A stretch of DNA of 41,106 nt from NCBI GenBank assembly GCA_043819075.1, contig JBDRFE010000059.1, positions 1 to 41,106 on the forward strand, read 5' to 3'. A model generated the notes under the pieces. It was given only the letters and a program-made list of their open reading frames with translations, had not been told where the DNA came from and searched no databases. This document shows positions 1-9,707 of this stretch, piece by piece. Each line of letters begins with the position of its first letter. The stretch's first letter is position 1. A program made the position numbers and the translations under genes. This DNA is from an archaeon (lineage in GTDB: Archaea; Iainarchaeota; Iainarchaeia; Iainarchaeales; 1-14-0-10-31-34).

Positions 1-1890
1 TGGTGTTGTTGTTGTGCTGGAATATATTGCTGTTGCGCATTGTCCTCCGGTTGCTGCAGAGCCGTATCTTGTAATGCTTTGCATTGTTCCGGGTTGGTTT
101 AAATAAAATATTCCACAGCGTTTTGCTGGTCCGCTGGAGTAAGCGCTTGTTCTGTTTAAATTGTTTCCAATAATTGGGTCTAATACTGCTGTTACATTCC
201 CGCATGCTAGTGTATTACAAGTAACTGTTGTTGTGAAAGTAAAAGCCTGATTTTGAGTTTTATTTGAATCACTTGTTGGAGTAACCCTGTTTGCAGTAAT
301 TGTTGCCACTGGAATTGAAGGGCATCCGTCGTTTGGAACATCAGTGCAAGAAGCCCAGGCATTGTTCACGCAAGTTTGTGTGCCAGGACAGCTATTTATT
401 GTACAGCTTTGAGTCTGTCCATTAGTGCAAACCGGACAGCCATCTCCTGTGATATCAGTGCAAGAGCCCCAAACATAGTTTACGCATGTTTGTGTTCCTG
501 GACATGATTGTGAAGTCGTGCAGTTTTGTGTTGTTCCGTTATTGCATACAGGGCAGCCATCATTTGGAGTGTCATTGCATGTTCCCCATGTTCCAGAAGC
601 ACATGTTTGTGTTCCTGCACAGTTTTGTGTTGTAGTGCAAGCCTGTGTCTGGCCTGTAGTGCAGGGCGTTGTGGGAATTTTGTCAAACCATATTTGCCCT
701 CCTTGGTTCCAAATCACTGGAATAAAAGTTGAAGAGGGGCTTGCAATTGCGGGCCCGTGTGGAAATTGATTGCCTGTTCTATTTGTAGTCATTGCTGTTG
801 CAGAACCCCATGAATGGGAACCAAAATTAAATTTTCTGTAATAAACATTGTTTGTTCCATCAGTTGAAGTTTCTTGCCTGATATAAATTATATACAAGTC
901 ATTTCCGTGTTTTGTTAATGAAGGGTGCCAGCCACTTGGGGAGTATGAAAGAGATTCAATTACTGTATCGTTCCAATTTGTTTGCCCATTATTATAAGTT
1001 TTCCAGGCATGCCTTAATTGGGTTCCATCTCTATAAACAATATGCATTTCATTGTTAACAAAACTCATTGCAAACTCTCTTTGATAGCCTAAATTTCTTC
1101 CGGAAACAGCAATTGAATCCGGGTTTGCAACAAACTGCTGTTGAGCTTCATTCCAAATGAAATACCTGTAATCAATATTTGGGCTTCCAACACTGGAAAT
1201 ATATTGTAATATAACCGCTGGTTTTCCATCAATGATTAAAGAACCAATTCTAACATCTGTTGCACCACTACTGTAAATTAATTGAGGAGAACTCCAGCTA
1301 GCTCCTCCATTTGTTGTTCTAACAGAATAAATGTTTCCTGGAGCATATCCAGAACTTCTCTGGATTACCCAAGTCTGTGTTGAATTAAGAACAAGCACAT
1401 TTGGGGTATAATAATTAATTCCTGGAAAAGCAACATTAAGGCACATTTGAGGGCCAAAATCAGAAACACTTTCGCCAGGATAATTTACTTTTCTAAAAAA
1501 TACGTAAAGGCCTCCGCCAGCACATCCATCAAGGGGAAAACCATTAGCTCTATCTACAATATAAACATTTCCTAATTCATCTCCTCCGACAGAAGCGTGG
1601 TCGCTGAAATAACCCTGAACATGCATAGAAGTGCTTGCAGCAGTCCAGGTGGTTCCTCCGTTTATTGTTTTAATAAAATTATTTCCGCTGCTTCCATTAG
1701 GAAATGCTGCCCAAATTTCATTTGGATTAGTTTGAGATTGAAAAATTTTATATCTTGGTATAGTTATAACGCCGGCTGTTGCGGAATGAATTGCCACTGG
1801 CACGGCAAAAACAGTGTTGATTAAAAACAGTAAAACAAAAACTGTGAGAATTAATTTTATTCCGGAATGGCTGTTTTTTTTGGCATTCAT
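1..1890 (-). CDS. Secreted/surface protein with Asp-box-like motifs and Cys-rich repeats; runs off the left edge (not in ORF track)
   Basis: ATG at 1890, MNAKKNSHSGIKLILTVFVLLFLINTVFA signal-like start, TINGGTTW and TTNGGASW motifs, three ~38-aa CxxGxTQxCT..C.GTQTC...W..C.D...DGCP repeats; frame open at the segments checked, including position 1. Confidence 0.8.
   Translation of the reverse strand, partial: MNAKKNSHSGIKLILTVFVLLFLINTVFAVPVAIHSATAGVITIPRYKIFQSQTNPNEIWAAFPNGSSGNNFIKTINGGTTWTAASTSMHVQGYFSDHASVGGDELGNVYIVDRANGFPLDGCAGGGLYVFFRKVNYPGESVSDFGPQMCLNVAFPGINYYTPNVLVLNSTQTWVIQRSSGYAPGNIYSVRTTNGGASWSSPQLIYSSGATDVRIGSLIIDGKPAVILQYISSVGSPNIDYRYFIWNEAQQQFVANPDSIAVSGRNLGYQREFAMSFVNNEMHIVYRDGTQLRHAWKTYNNGQTNWNDTVIESLSYSPSGWHPSLTKHGNDLYIIYIRQETSTDGTNNVYYRKFNFGSHSWGSATAMTTNRTGNQFPHGPAIASPSSTFIPVIWNQGGQIWFDKIPTTPCTTGQTQACTTTQNCAGTQTCASGTWGTCNDTPNDGCPVCNNGTTQNCTTSQSCPGTQTCVNYVWGSCTDITGDGCPVCTNGQTQSCTINSCPGTQTCVNNAWASCTDVPNDGCPSIPVATITANRVTPTSDSNKTQNQAFTFTTTVTCNTLACGNVTAVLDPIIGNNLNRTSAYSSGPAKRCGIFYLNQPGTMQSITRYGSAATGGQCATAIYSSTTTTP
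322..665 (-). repeat. Three tandem ~115-bp intragenic Cys-rich repeats
   Basis: CTTGQTQACTTTQNCAGTQTCASGTWGTCNDTPNDGCP and two similar units. Confidence 0.85.
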
Positions 1891-1992
1891 AATTAACTTA
1901 AGAATTATATCTATTGCCATTTATAATACTTTTTTTTCCAGTCTAATCCTGTTTTTTTACTGTTTTTTTTTTTGCTTATGTTTTTTGTTTTT

Positions 1993-4776
1993 TTATGTTG
2001 TTGTCATTCCAGCATTTTCTTCTGCTTGTTCTTCAAGTTTTTCTTTTAGTTTTAACCCGATTACAGAGCTTTTCTGTTTATTGAGTGCTACCCCGATTAT
2101 CTGGTCTGATTCCTTGATTAAAGAATCATTGTGTGTTATTGCAATGAACTGGCTTTTTTTGCAGATTTCTGTAATCATTTTTGACAGCTTTAATGAATTG
2201 CTTTGGTCCAAAGCTGCATCTGCTTCGTCAAAAATATAGAATGGAGCTGGCCTGAATAACTGGATTGAAAACAAGAACGCTAAAGCGGTTAAAGTTTTTT
2301 CTCCTCCGCTCATTGAATCAATGTTAATCATTTTCTCTGAATCATATTTTGCTTCAATTAATAATCCTGAATTCATTGTGTCTGCCTCGTTTGTCAGTTT
2401 CAGGGTGCCCTCTTTTTCTGCCAGCGAAAAATACATTTTCTTGAAATTAGAGTTGATTTCGTTAAAGCAGTCCATGAAAGCTGTTGCCCTTTTTATTTCA
2501 ATTTTTTCAATCATGTCCAAGACCGCAATCCTTTCTTCATCAAGCTTTCTTGCTTTATCCCTTATTTCAATTAATTCTTTTGTCTGGCCTTCAAAAGAGT
2601 CAATTGCCTTTAAGTTGACTGCCCCTAATTCGTTAATTCTTTTCTCTATTCTTACAAGCCTTTCCTTTAATTCCCCTAATTCTTTTCCTTCAATTGAAGT
2701 TTCTTCTGAAAAAGCGGTTAGTTCTTCTTCTAAGTCCTGTGTTCTTACCTCGTTTTTTGAGTTATCAATTCTTGCCTCATTTTCTTCCCTGAAAATTTTT
2801 GCCAGGCTGGACTCGTTTTTTGTTTTTCTTTCTTTCACTTCATTTATTTTTTTCATTATTTTTTCTTTTTCTTCGTAAAGCACATGGCTTTGCTTGTTCT
2901 GTTTTTCCAGTTCAATTGTAAGGCTTTTGATTTTTTTTTCTGTTTCAGTTATTTTTTCCTCTGTTTCGCTTATTTTTTTTTCTGTTTCAGCTATTTCTTC
3001 TTCTGTTTCCTGTATTTCGTTTCCTGAATCGCTTTTTGTTTCTTCTTTTTCTTTCAGGCTTTCATTGATTGAATCCCTTTTGATTTCAAGTTCTTTGAGG
3101 AGCATTTTTTGCCTGTTCACTTCCTGCATTAAATTGCTTTCAAGCAAAACCTCTTCTTTTAATTCATTCAGCTCTTTTTTTGTTTCTTCTTTTTCTTTTT
3201 TTATTTTTTCCAGCAGTTCATTTATTTTTTCTTTTTCTTTTCTTGTTTCTTCAAGCAGGCTTTCAGCTTTATCTTTTTCTTTTTCAATTCTTTCTTCTCT
3301 TTCAGTGCTTGCCAGTTCATCAAGCGTTTTAAGTATTTCTTTTACTTCTCTTTCAAGCTTTTCCTTTATTTTTTTCAGTTTCAGTATTTTTTCCCTTATT
3401 TCCGGTTTTTCGTTTTCTTCTGATAGCTCTTTTTCCATTTCCTTCAGTTTTTTTTCTGTTTCTTTTAGTGAAACCGCTTTTTGTTTTAATTTCTGGTTGT
3501 TTATGTCTTCCTGTATTTCTTTGAGGAAACCTGAATGCATTTTAATTTCTTTTTCAAATTTTTCTGTTTCGCTTTTCCTGCTGTAATATTTTTCTTTTTC
3601 TTTTTCCAGCACAGAATTTTTTTCTTCAAGTTCTTTTTCAGTTTCATTTATTTTTTCTTTTATTGAGTTAATCCTTTCCTGTTCTTTTTCAGCCTGTTTT
3701 TCTTTTTCAGTTAAGCTTTCTTTTGCGCCGTCAATTTTTTCCTTTATTGTTTCAAGGCTTTTTTTCATTTCATCCTGCCTTTCCCTTGATTTAGCCTGTT
3801 TTTCTGTTATTGAATGAATCCTGTTTTTGAGCCTGCTGATTTGCTCTTTTTTTGACTCGATTTTTTCTTCCAGTATTTTTTTCTCTGATTTTTTTTCCTC
3901 TATTTCCATTCCCACTCCGGAATAAGTTTTTTCTTTTGATTCAATTATCCTGTTGTTTATTTCTTCTGTTTTTTCCTGCAGTTTTTTTTCTTCTTCTTCT
4001 GCTTCTTTTTTCTGTTTTTCCATTGCATCTTTTTTTTCGCCTATTTTTTCTATTTTCGCAGTGTTTTCCTGCATTGAATCCTTTATTTTTTTTATTTCTT
4101 TTCTGATTATTGTTGCTTTTGCCTGCCTGAATTCTTTTGTTAATTCCTTGTGCTCTGTTGCGGCTTTTTTTTCTTTTTCAAGCTCATCTAAGTATGTTTC
4201 CCTTTCTTTTAACACAATATTTATTTCTTTTGTTTTTGTGTTAACTTTTTCCAGCTCTTTTAAGGACTCATCTTTTTTTTCGTCAAACTCTGTTAACCCG
4301 GCTAAATCATCTATTATTTCTCTTCTTTGAGTGGAATTCATTTCAATGATTCTTGTTACGTCTCCTTGCACTACAATATTGTATCCGCTTGCACTAATCC
4401 CTAATTCGTTTAACAAAGAAGTTGTTTCATTTAAAGTGCTTCTTTTCCCTTCAATCCTGTAAACTGATTTTCCCTGCTTGTCTATTGTCCTTGAAAGAAC
4501 ATAGTTTTTGTCTTTTTGCTTTAATTCTATTTCAACTAAAGCATAGTCTTCTTTTGCATCATTGTTGACTAAATCCACTAACTTTGATGCCCTCATCATT
4601 TTCAATGAAGTCATTCCCAATACAAACATTATTGCGTCAAGGATATTGCTTTTTCCGCTTCCATTGCTTCCGGCAATTGTTGTAAACCCTTTGCTGAATG
4701 GAATGACTGCTTTCCGAAAGGATTTGAAGTTCTTTAACCTGAGTTTTCCTATTTTCACTGCCTGCATTAATTTCAC
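1993..4776 (-). CDS. smc: SMC-family chromosome segregation ATPase, apparently lacking the hinge
   Basis: NFKSF, Walker A GSNGSGKS, Q-loop VVQGDV, LGAVNLKAI, signature MSGGEK, Walker B FDEADAALD; continuous coiled coil between the head halves; start may be the ATG at 4767. Confidence 0.9.
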   Translation of the reverse strand: MKLMQAVKIGKLRLKNFKSFRKAVIPFSKGFTTIAGSNGSGKSNILDAIMFVLGMTSLKMMRASKLVDLVNNDAKEDYALVEIELKQKDKNYVLSRTIDKQGKSVYRIEGKRSTLNETTSLLNELGISASGYNIVVQGDVTRIIEMNSTQRREIIDDLAGLTEFDEKKDESLKELEKVNTKTKEINIVLKERETYLDELEKEKKAATEHKELTKEFRQAKATIIRKEIKKIKDSMQENTAKIEKIGEKKDAMEKQKKEAEEEEKKLQEKTEEINNRIIESKEKTYSGVGMEIEEKKSEKKILEEKIESKKEQISRLKNRIHSITEKQAKSRERQDEMKKSLETIKEKIDGAKESLTEKEKQAEKEQERINSIKEKINETEKELEEKNSVLEKEKEKYYSRKSETEKFEKEIKMHSGFLKEIQEDINNQKLKQKAVSLKETEKKLKEMEKELSEENEKPEIREKILKLKKIKEKLEREVKEILKTLDELASTEREERIEKEKDKAESLLEETRKEKEKINELLEKIKKEKEETKKELNELKEEVLLESNLMQEVNRQKMLLKELEIKRDSINESLKEKEETKSDSGNEIQETEEEIAETEKKISETEEKITETEKKIKSLTIELEKQNKQSHVLYEEKEKIMKKINEVKERKTKNESSLAKIFREENEARIDNSKNEVRTQDLEEELTAFSEETSIEGKELGELKERLVRIEKRINELGAVNLKAIDSFEGQTKELIEIRDKARKLDEERIAVLDMIEKIEIKRATAFMDCFNEINSNFKKMYFSLAEKEGTLKLTNEADTMNSGLLIEAKYDSEKMINIDSMSGGEKTLTALAFLFSIQLFRPAPFYIFDEADAALDQSNSLKLSKMITEICKKSQFIAITHNDSLIKESDQIIGVALNKQKSSVIGLKLKEKLEEQAEENAGMTTT

Positions 4777-5552
4777 TTGCTTTTGTTAAGATAATAGAGC
4801 GGAAAAACCGCATTAGAATAAGTTAAAATTATTAAGGAAAAAACCATTTCCACTAAAACCATTAACTCGTTTTCCCCGAAAGCCGTGTTTAATACGATTA
4901 AATAAATCTGGCTTAAAACTGCATTAATCAGCATTACTCCGATTAATAAAAGAATTAATTCAAAAAAGTGTTTTGAGGAAAAATTCCAGCTTTCTTTTAA
5001 CGCCTGCTTTATGTTCAGCTTTTTTGCAATTAATGTGAGGACAAAAGCAAAGTGCACTAAAACAAAGCCCATTAATAGTATCACCAGCAATAAAATTATT
5101 GCCCCTAAAATCCCTCCTTCAACTGCAAAAAGCATTGCAATCCACAAGACTATTCCTGAAAGCAATAGCATTAACCCGAAAAACAATACTAATACAAGTA
5201 TTTTCAACGCATTTTTTATTGAAAAAATTATTGACCCGATAACAGATTTTTTTTCAATCAAATAGTTTGCAATTGAAACCGAAAGCATTACTCCAATCAC
5301 TGAACTGATTAACAGCACAAACCCCAAGAACATTAAGTCTCCTGGATAGCCTGCAATCACTTGGAAAGGCATTTTCTGCAGGCTTACAACAGGATATGAA
5401 CTGAATTCAAGGAACTTAAACAACACTTCAATTGACTGTTCTTCAAAAAAATACCTTGCAATGAAATCCAATAACATGAAAATTATTCCAGGCAATAAAA
5501 TTTTTGGTTTTTTCACCATTATTAAAACTGATTCAATTAAAGAATTAATCAT
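4773..5552 (-). CDS. Multi-pass membrane protein
   Basis: 259 aa, about six hydrophobic segments, abuts smc. Confidence 0.75.
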   Translation of the reverse strand: MINSLIESVLIMVKKPKILLPGIIFMLLDFIARYFFEEQSIEVLFKFLEFSSYPVVSLQKMPFQVIAGYPGDLMFLGFVLLISSVIGVMLSVSIANYLIEKKSVIGSIIFSIKNALKILVLVLFFGLMLLLSGIVLWIAMLFAVEGGILGAIILLLVILLMGFVLVHFAFVLTLIAKKLNIKQALKESWNFSSKHFFELILLLIGVMLINAVLSQIYLIVLNTAFGENELMVLVEMVFSLIILTYSNAVFPLYYLNKSK

Positions 5553-5670
5553 CTTTCATCCCTTTTTTTTGCTTCTAATATTAAAGGAATTCTTGTTTTT
5601 ATTTCTTTTGCATAGTGGTTTTCCTTTAACAGCAAAACATTTTTATTTCCTTAAAGCATTCTTATTAACA

Positions 5671-6489
5671 ATGACGGCAAAAAACTCTATTTTGTTAATG
5701 GTCAAGCAGTCTCCTGGCATTACATACAATTCTTTGCTTGGAAAAATTGCCTCTGATTTTGGTTCAACTAATTCTGCCAGAGCCTCGCTTTCAAGGACTT
5801 TAAAGGATGCGGTTTCTTTTGGGTTGCTGAAAAAAACTGATAACTCTTATTTTATTACAGATAAAGGGAATTCAACTATTTCTTTTGAAATGAAAAACAA
5901 GCTGTTAATGAAGCTGAATGCATTGCTTTCAGCTCAGAAAAAAATAAACGAGCTTGATTCGATTGTAGAGCAGTTTCATACAATGATAGAGCGCTCTAAA
6001 ATTGACCCTGATCTGCTGAAGACTGCAAGAAGCTCTGCCACGTTTTTTATTTCTGATGCAGTTGAACTTAATTCTGAAGTCAATTCAAGGCTAAAGCATT
6101 TGTCTTATCTTTCAAGGATTCTTTCAAAGCAGATTGATTCATTAAAACAGCTTAACTTTAATGATTCAGTTGTTTTTTCCAAGGAAAAAAAATCCGCCCA
6201 AAAGCTTGTATTGTTTTTTTCTTCCCTTGATTTAACTGATTTTTTTGTTGAATGCCCTGAAAGTGTTTTCCAGAAATTTTCCCAGAACTTTTCTTTGAAA
6301 ACAAAGAAGCCGCCTTTTTCCCTGAAAAAAGAACTTCTTCCAGACTTTCTTTCCATTGCTTTTTCTTTAAAGCTTGCCCCAAGGGAAAGAATCCGTGTTT
6401 ATTTTTCTTCTGTGCGACTGAAAATCTCCCCTGATTCGGCTGTTGTTTTTGGTCCCTTCAATGAAATAAAAAGCCTTAAGAATTATTAG
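5671..6489 (+). CDS. N-terminal winged-helix domain protein
   Basis: ATG 5671 (MTAKNSILLMVKQSPGITYNSLL...SLSRTLKDAVSFGLLKKTDNSYFITDKG) fits a wHTH pattern; upstream extension in the ORF track overlaps the opposite-strand gene. Confidence 0.7.
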   Translation: MTAKNSILLMVKQSPGITYNSLLGKIASDFGSTNSARASLSRTLKDAVSFGLLKKTDNSYFITDKGNSTISFEMKNKLLMKLNALLSAQKKINELDSIVEQFHTMIERSKIDPDLLKTARSSATFFISDAVELNSEVNSRLKHLSYLSRILSKQIDSLKQLNFNDSVVFSKEKKSAQKLVLFFSSLDLTDFFVECPESVFQKFSQNFSLKTKKPPFSLKKELLPDFLSIAFSLKLAPRERIRVYFSSVRLKISPDSAVVFGPFNEIKSLKNY

Positions 6490-6547
6490 GTTCACCTAAC
6501 CTTTTTATTCTTTTCTGCCCTATTGTTTTTTTGGAGGTGTTGTTTTT

Positions 6548-6685
6548 ATGTGCAATTGCTGTAGTTCAAGAAGCTTTGTTTCCAAGGACGAAAAAATTGA
6601 AATACTGAAAGAATACAAGGATTCTCTTGAAAAAGAAGCTAAAGGCGTTGAAGAGGAAATTCAAAGAGTTAAGAAAGCAGCTTAA
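6548..6685 (+). CDS. Small Cys-tipped coiled-coil protein (DUF5320-like)
   Basis: GGAGGTG SD then MCNCCSSRSFVSKDEKIEILKEYKDSLEKEAKGVEEEIQRVKKAA, followed by T-tracts. Confidence 0.75.
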   Translation: MCNCCSSRSFVSKDEKIEILKEYKDSLEKEAKGVEEEIQRVKKAA

Positions 6686-6728
6686 CCTTTTTTTTCCTTT
6701 TCTTTTTTTTTAAAAATTTTTTATTGGC

Positions 6729-6742
6729 ATGCGGCTAGCGGG
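6729..6742 (-). repeat. att-like duplicate of the tRNA-Gly 3' end
   Basis: Identical to 9769-9782. Confidence 0.8.
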
Positions 6743-6848
6743 CATATTTATGATGGTTCAATGCCCTAAAGCATGTTCACTTCTTTTATGTTACTTTAAC
6801 ATAAATGCTTCTGCAAGGATTAATATAAACTTAATTGATGGTTAAAAA

Positions 6849-6998
6849 ATGAAGTTGCAGGAAACCAAAAGACCTGACGGCAAACCAGTTTACTCAATCG
6901 TGTTGCCTAAAGCAGTAGTAAAAGCAAAAGGATTCAAAAAAGGACAAGAACTAAAAGCAGTGTTTAACGAAAAAGGCAACATAGAACTAACTGGATGA
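6849..6998 (+). CDS. AbrB/MazE/SpoVT-type DNA-binding protein
   Basis: MKLQETKRPDGKPVYSIVLPKAVVKAKGFKKGQELKAVFNEKGNIELTG fits the swapped-hairpin pattern. Confidence 0.75.
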   Translation: MKLQETKRPDGKPVYSIVLPKAVVKAKGFKKGQELKAVFNEKGNIELTG

Positions 6999-7028
6999 TA
7001 GCTTGTCCCTTTGCTTAAGGAACCAGTA

Positions 7029-7121
7029 TTAATAGTCTGCAACAATATAGCCGTCTTTTCTTAGTTTTCTATTAAGTTCTTTTCTTCTTAGTTTTAAATT
7101 TTCTTTCCTATAATTTACCAT
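7029..7121 (-). CDS. Very small basic protein
   Basis: AGGAGGG SD upstream; MVNYRKENLKLRRKELNRKLRKDGYIVADY. Confidence 0.35.
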   Translation of the reverse strand: MVNYRKENLKLRRKELNRKLRKDGYIVADY

Positions 7122-7137
7122 TATTTATCCCTCCTAT

Positions 7138-7491
7138 TTAGGTTTTTGGTTCTTCTTTTATTTCTATTTTTGTTATAGTAACTTCCTTTTTATCTTTTCT
7201 TAACCAACGCCCAATAACAATTAACACAATTGCTTCAATGAAAGTTAAAACAATCCATCCAAAAGAAAAATAATAGTCTATGATGAAAGGAATAAGTGGT
7301 TTTTGTGCTAATTGGAATACTTGTAGTTGAATTTCTGGGGCAGGTGAAATTACCATTGAATTTACAAAATTTACTATTACAGTATAAATAATTGATAGAA
7401 TATCTGAAGCTGCTAAAATATATAATATGAGTCCAATTGTTCTGCTTAACTGGCCTCGTTTTTTGATTGTTGTGATAACCTCTTCTTTCAC
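7138..7491 (-). CDS. Two-TM hypothetical membrane protein
   Basis: 117 aa, two hydrophobic segments. Confidence 0.65.
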   Translation of the reverse strand: MKEEVITTIKKRGQLSRTIGLILYILAASDILSIIYTVIVNFVNSMVISPAPEIQLQVFQLAQKPLIPFIIDYYFSFGWIVLTFIEAIVLIVIGRWLRKDKKEVTITKIEIKEEPKT

Positions 7492-7501
7492 GCATTTATA
7501 G

Positions 7502-7533
7502 TAGTTTTAACTTGTATTTCATGTTTTCGGTTT
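7502..7533 (-). promoter_or_regulatory. 32-bp upstream element, copy 1
   Basis: 29/32 identical to 7839-7870; each copy lies directly upstream of a minus-strand gene. Confidence 0.6.
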
Positions 7534-7547
7534 CCAATTTTGACTTT

Positions 7548-7817
7548 TTAATTTAATCTATTTAATTTTCTTTTTCCTTTATAGTAAATTAACATTCCAC
7601 TAATAAAACCAATAATTAATCCACCAATAACAGGAACCCAACCAAACATTACAGATAATGGGTTTGTGTTGCTGGGGTCAGATACTGCTGTGGGCATTAC
7701 AACTACAAAAAAAAGTAATCCCTGCACAATCCACATCCCAAAAACAAAACTTATGATTCCAGTGAACAAAGACAAAACTATTACTACAATCCACTTAATT
7801 GTTTTTTCTAATGACAT
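7548..7817 (-). CDS. Two-TM hypothetical membrane protein
   Basis: 89 aa, AGGAG SD. Confidence 0.65.
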   Translation of the reverse strand: MSLEKTIKWIVVIVLSLFTGIISFVFGMWIVQGLLFFVVVMPTAVSDPSNTNPLSVMFGWVPVIGGLIIGFISGMLIYYKGKRKLNRLN

Positions 7818-7838
7818 ACATTTTCTCCTTTTTTATCA

Positions 7839-7870
7839 TAGTTTTAACTAGTATTTTATGTTTTTGGTTT
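7839..7870 (-). promoter_or_regulatory. 32-bp upstream element, copy 2
   Basis: tagttttaactagtattttatgtttttggttt versus tagttttaacttgtatttcatgttttcggttt. Confidence 0.6.
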
Positions 7871-7909
7871 TAGAGTTTGCATTATTTAGTCAGAAAAGTG
7901 GGTAAAAAG

Positions 7910-8425
7910 TCATTTGAATTGTTGGTAAATCAAAAATTCCTTTACATTCTCTTCAGTTAACTTGCCCATAATTTCTGACAAAATTGTATTTCTTGGGACA
8001 GAAGGCACAGATTTGTGATTAAATCTTTCAGAATGGAGATGATAAAACTCATTTATTCCATTTGGTTTTGAAATAGCAAAAGAATCATTTCCCGTTCTAT
8101 AATTTGACTTATATAAATCTTGACCAAATTTTTCAGATGTGTTTGTAACTATTCGTGAAGCCAACCAAACTTCATCTTCCCCGATTGGTTGAACACCATA
8201 ATCAAAAATAGGGTCATCAACAATAACAGCACCAGATGCAACAAGTTGTATTTGTTCGCCTGATTTGAATTTAATTGTGGTTATAAACGGATTATCAGCA
8301 CTAATTGTCTTTCTAGAGTATTTGGTTGCTTCTTCGCCAGCTTTTATAGCTATTTCGTCTATGGCTTTTTCATCTATTGTTTTTAATTCAAGTGGAGTTT
8401 GAAATTCTTTTTTAACGAAAGGCAT
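7910..8425 (-). CDS. Hypothetical protein (island cargo)
   Basis: 171-aa ORF with globular composition; no motif recognised. Confidence 0.65.
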   Translation of the reverse strand: MPFVKKEFQTPLELKTIDEKAIDEIAIKAGEEATKYSRKTISADNPFITTIKFKSGEQIQLVASGAVIVDDPIFDYGVQPIGEDEVWLASRIVTNTSEKFGQDLYKSNYRTGNDSFAISKPNGINEFYHLHSERFNHKSVPSVPRNTILSEIMGKLTEENVKEFLIYQQFK

Positions 8426-8519
8426 ATATCAAAAATATTTATTTATAAAAATCCTTAAAAACAGGAAAAAATGGAACGGAAAAGATTATAAGTAATAAAG
8501 AAGTTATTGGACTGATTGC

Positions 8520-8720
8520 ATGGTTTATTATAGCAGTAATAAAAAGAAAAAAGTCAGTTACTACAAAAAAAGAGTTGGTTTAGCAACCGCAAGCAAACAA
8601 ACTAGAAAAAGAGTAGCAAAAATGGGGGGCAAAGCATCTGCTAAGAAAAGAAGGAGAAGTTGGGCTTATTATGCAGCAAAAAGATCAAAGAAACTAAGGA
8701 AGTTTATTTATGGTGACTAA
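8520..8720 (+). CDS. Small basic protein with KGG-like motif; putative antitoxin
   Basis: RKRVAKMGGKASAKKRR; overlaps the PIN gene start. Confidence 0.55.
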   Translation: MVYYSSNKKKKVSYYKKRVGLATASKQTRKRVAKMGGKASAKKRRRSWAYYAAKRSKKLRKFIYGD

Positions 8721-9291
8721 ACCTCCTACAGTTTATTTGGACACCAACATCCTCATCAATCAGTTTCTCATTGCTTTAAAGAAGGGTTTGGACGAGAAAC
8801 TATTTGATAATAGACAAAAGCAAGATAAAAAAATTTTAGAGTTTTTAGAAGAAGGAAAATACAATTTGACATTGGCTTCATGGTCCATTTTTGAATTTCG
8901 TGAAGTGTTAAAAAATATCTTGTTTGAAATCCAATTAACAAGATTGGGTTATAGTGTTAGAGAATTTACAGAAGCAAAAAGAAGCGTAGAGCTTCCAGAG
9001 GACATAAGAAAACAAGTTATTGGAGTGACAACAGAACTTTCCAATAGAGTGAAAGAAGTGGAAAAAATTGAATTTAATAAAGAAAGAATAAAAGAATTAG
9101 ACAACTTAAATGAAAAAGGAATGGAATTAGTTGATGCAATCCTGTTTCTTTCGTCACATGAACTAGACTGTAATTATTTTGTCACCAGAGATAGTCACAT
9201 TAAAATATGTTTAGAACGAACAAAATTCAAAACTAAAACAAAAGTAGTTCACCCAAAAGAATTTATTAGAATAATGACAAGAGTAAAATAA
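8710..9291 (+). CDS. PIN-domain (VapC-like) ribonuclease
   Basis: VYLDTNIL, SIFE, LVDAIL, YFVTRD acidic PIN motifs. Confidence 0.85.
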   Translation: MVTKPPTVYLDTNILINQFLIALKKGLDEKLFDNRQKQDKKILEFLEEGKYNLTLASWSIFEFREVLKNILFEIQLTRLGYSVREFTEAKRSVELPEDIRKQVIGVTTELSNRVKEVEKIEFNKERIKELDNLNEKGMELVDAILFLSSHELDCNYFVTRDSHIKICLERTKFKTKTKVVHPKEFIRIMTRVK

Positions 9292-9418
9292 TATTAAATC
9301 AAAATTTTTTGTTTTCCTATTATGCATATTTAAAATTTAGGTGTAGCCCTCAACAAATTTTTTTTTGAGACCCTATTAACTGTACTAATATTGCACACTA
9401 TAAAAAAATAAAAATAAA

Positions 9419-9707
9419 TTATTTGTTTGTTTGTATTATCTGAGAAACTCTTTGTTGAGTTAAGCTAACTTCTTTTGCAATTACCTTTTGATGTATTTTT
9501 TTCTTGTGCATTTCTAAAACCTTTTTTTCCTTGGCTTCTTTCAATAAAGCTTTATCTTCTTTCTTTGCTTGCTTTTTCTGTTTTTGTTTTGTTTTCTCTT
9601 TCAGTTTCTTGTTTTGTGATTTAAGTTTCTGTATTTCCTTTTAGGTTCTTAATACAGTTTTCAAAAGTTTGTTTTGTTCTGTGTATTTCTATTTTTTCTT
9701 CATTCAT
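9419..9707 (-). pseudogene. Frameshifted or internally deleted gene with coiled coil and C-terminal HTH; possible integrase remnant
   Basis: MNEEKIEIHRTKQTFENCIKNL then a frame change to KEIQKLKSQNKKL...KVIAKEVSLTQQRVSQIIQTNK*; lies next to the att site. Confidence 0.5.

Noticed and set aside
480..769. Short ORFs 480-686, 518-769 and 526-732
   Set aside because: Alternative frames of the Cys-repeat region of the 1-1890 gene
1814..4330. Plus-strand Phe/Ser-rich ORFs opposite smc (likewise opposite the HerA-like gene, pepA and glmS)
   Set aside because: Antisense shadows of Glu/Lys-rich coding sequence
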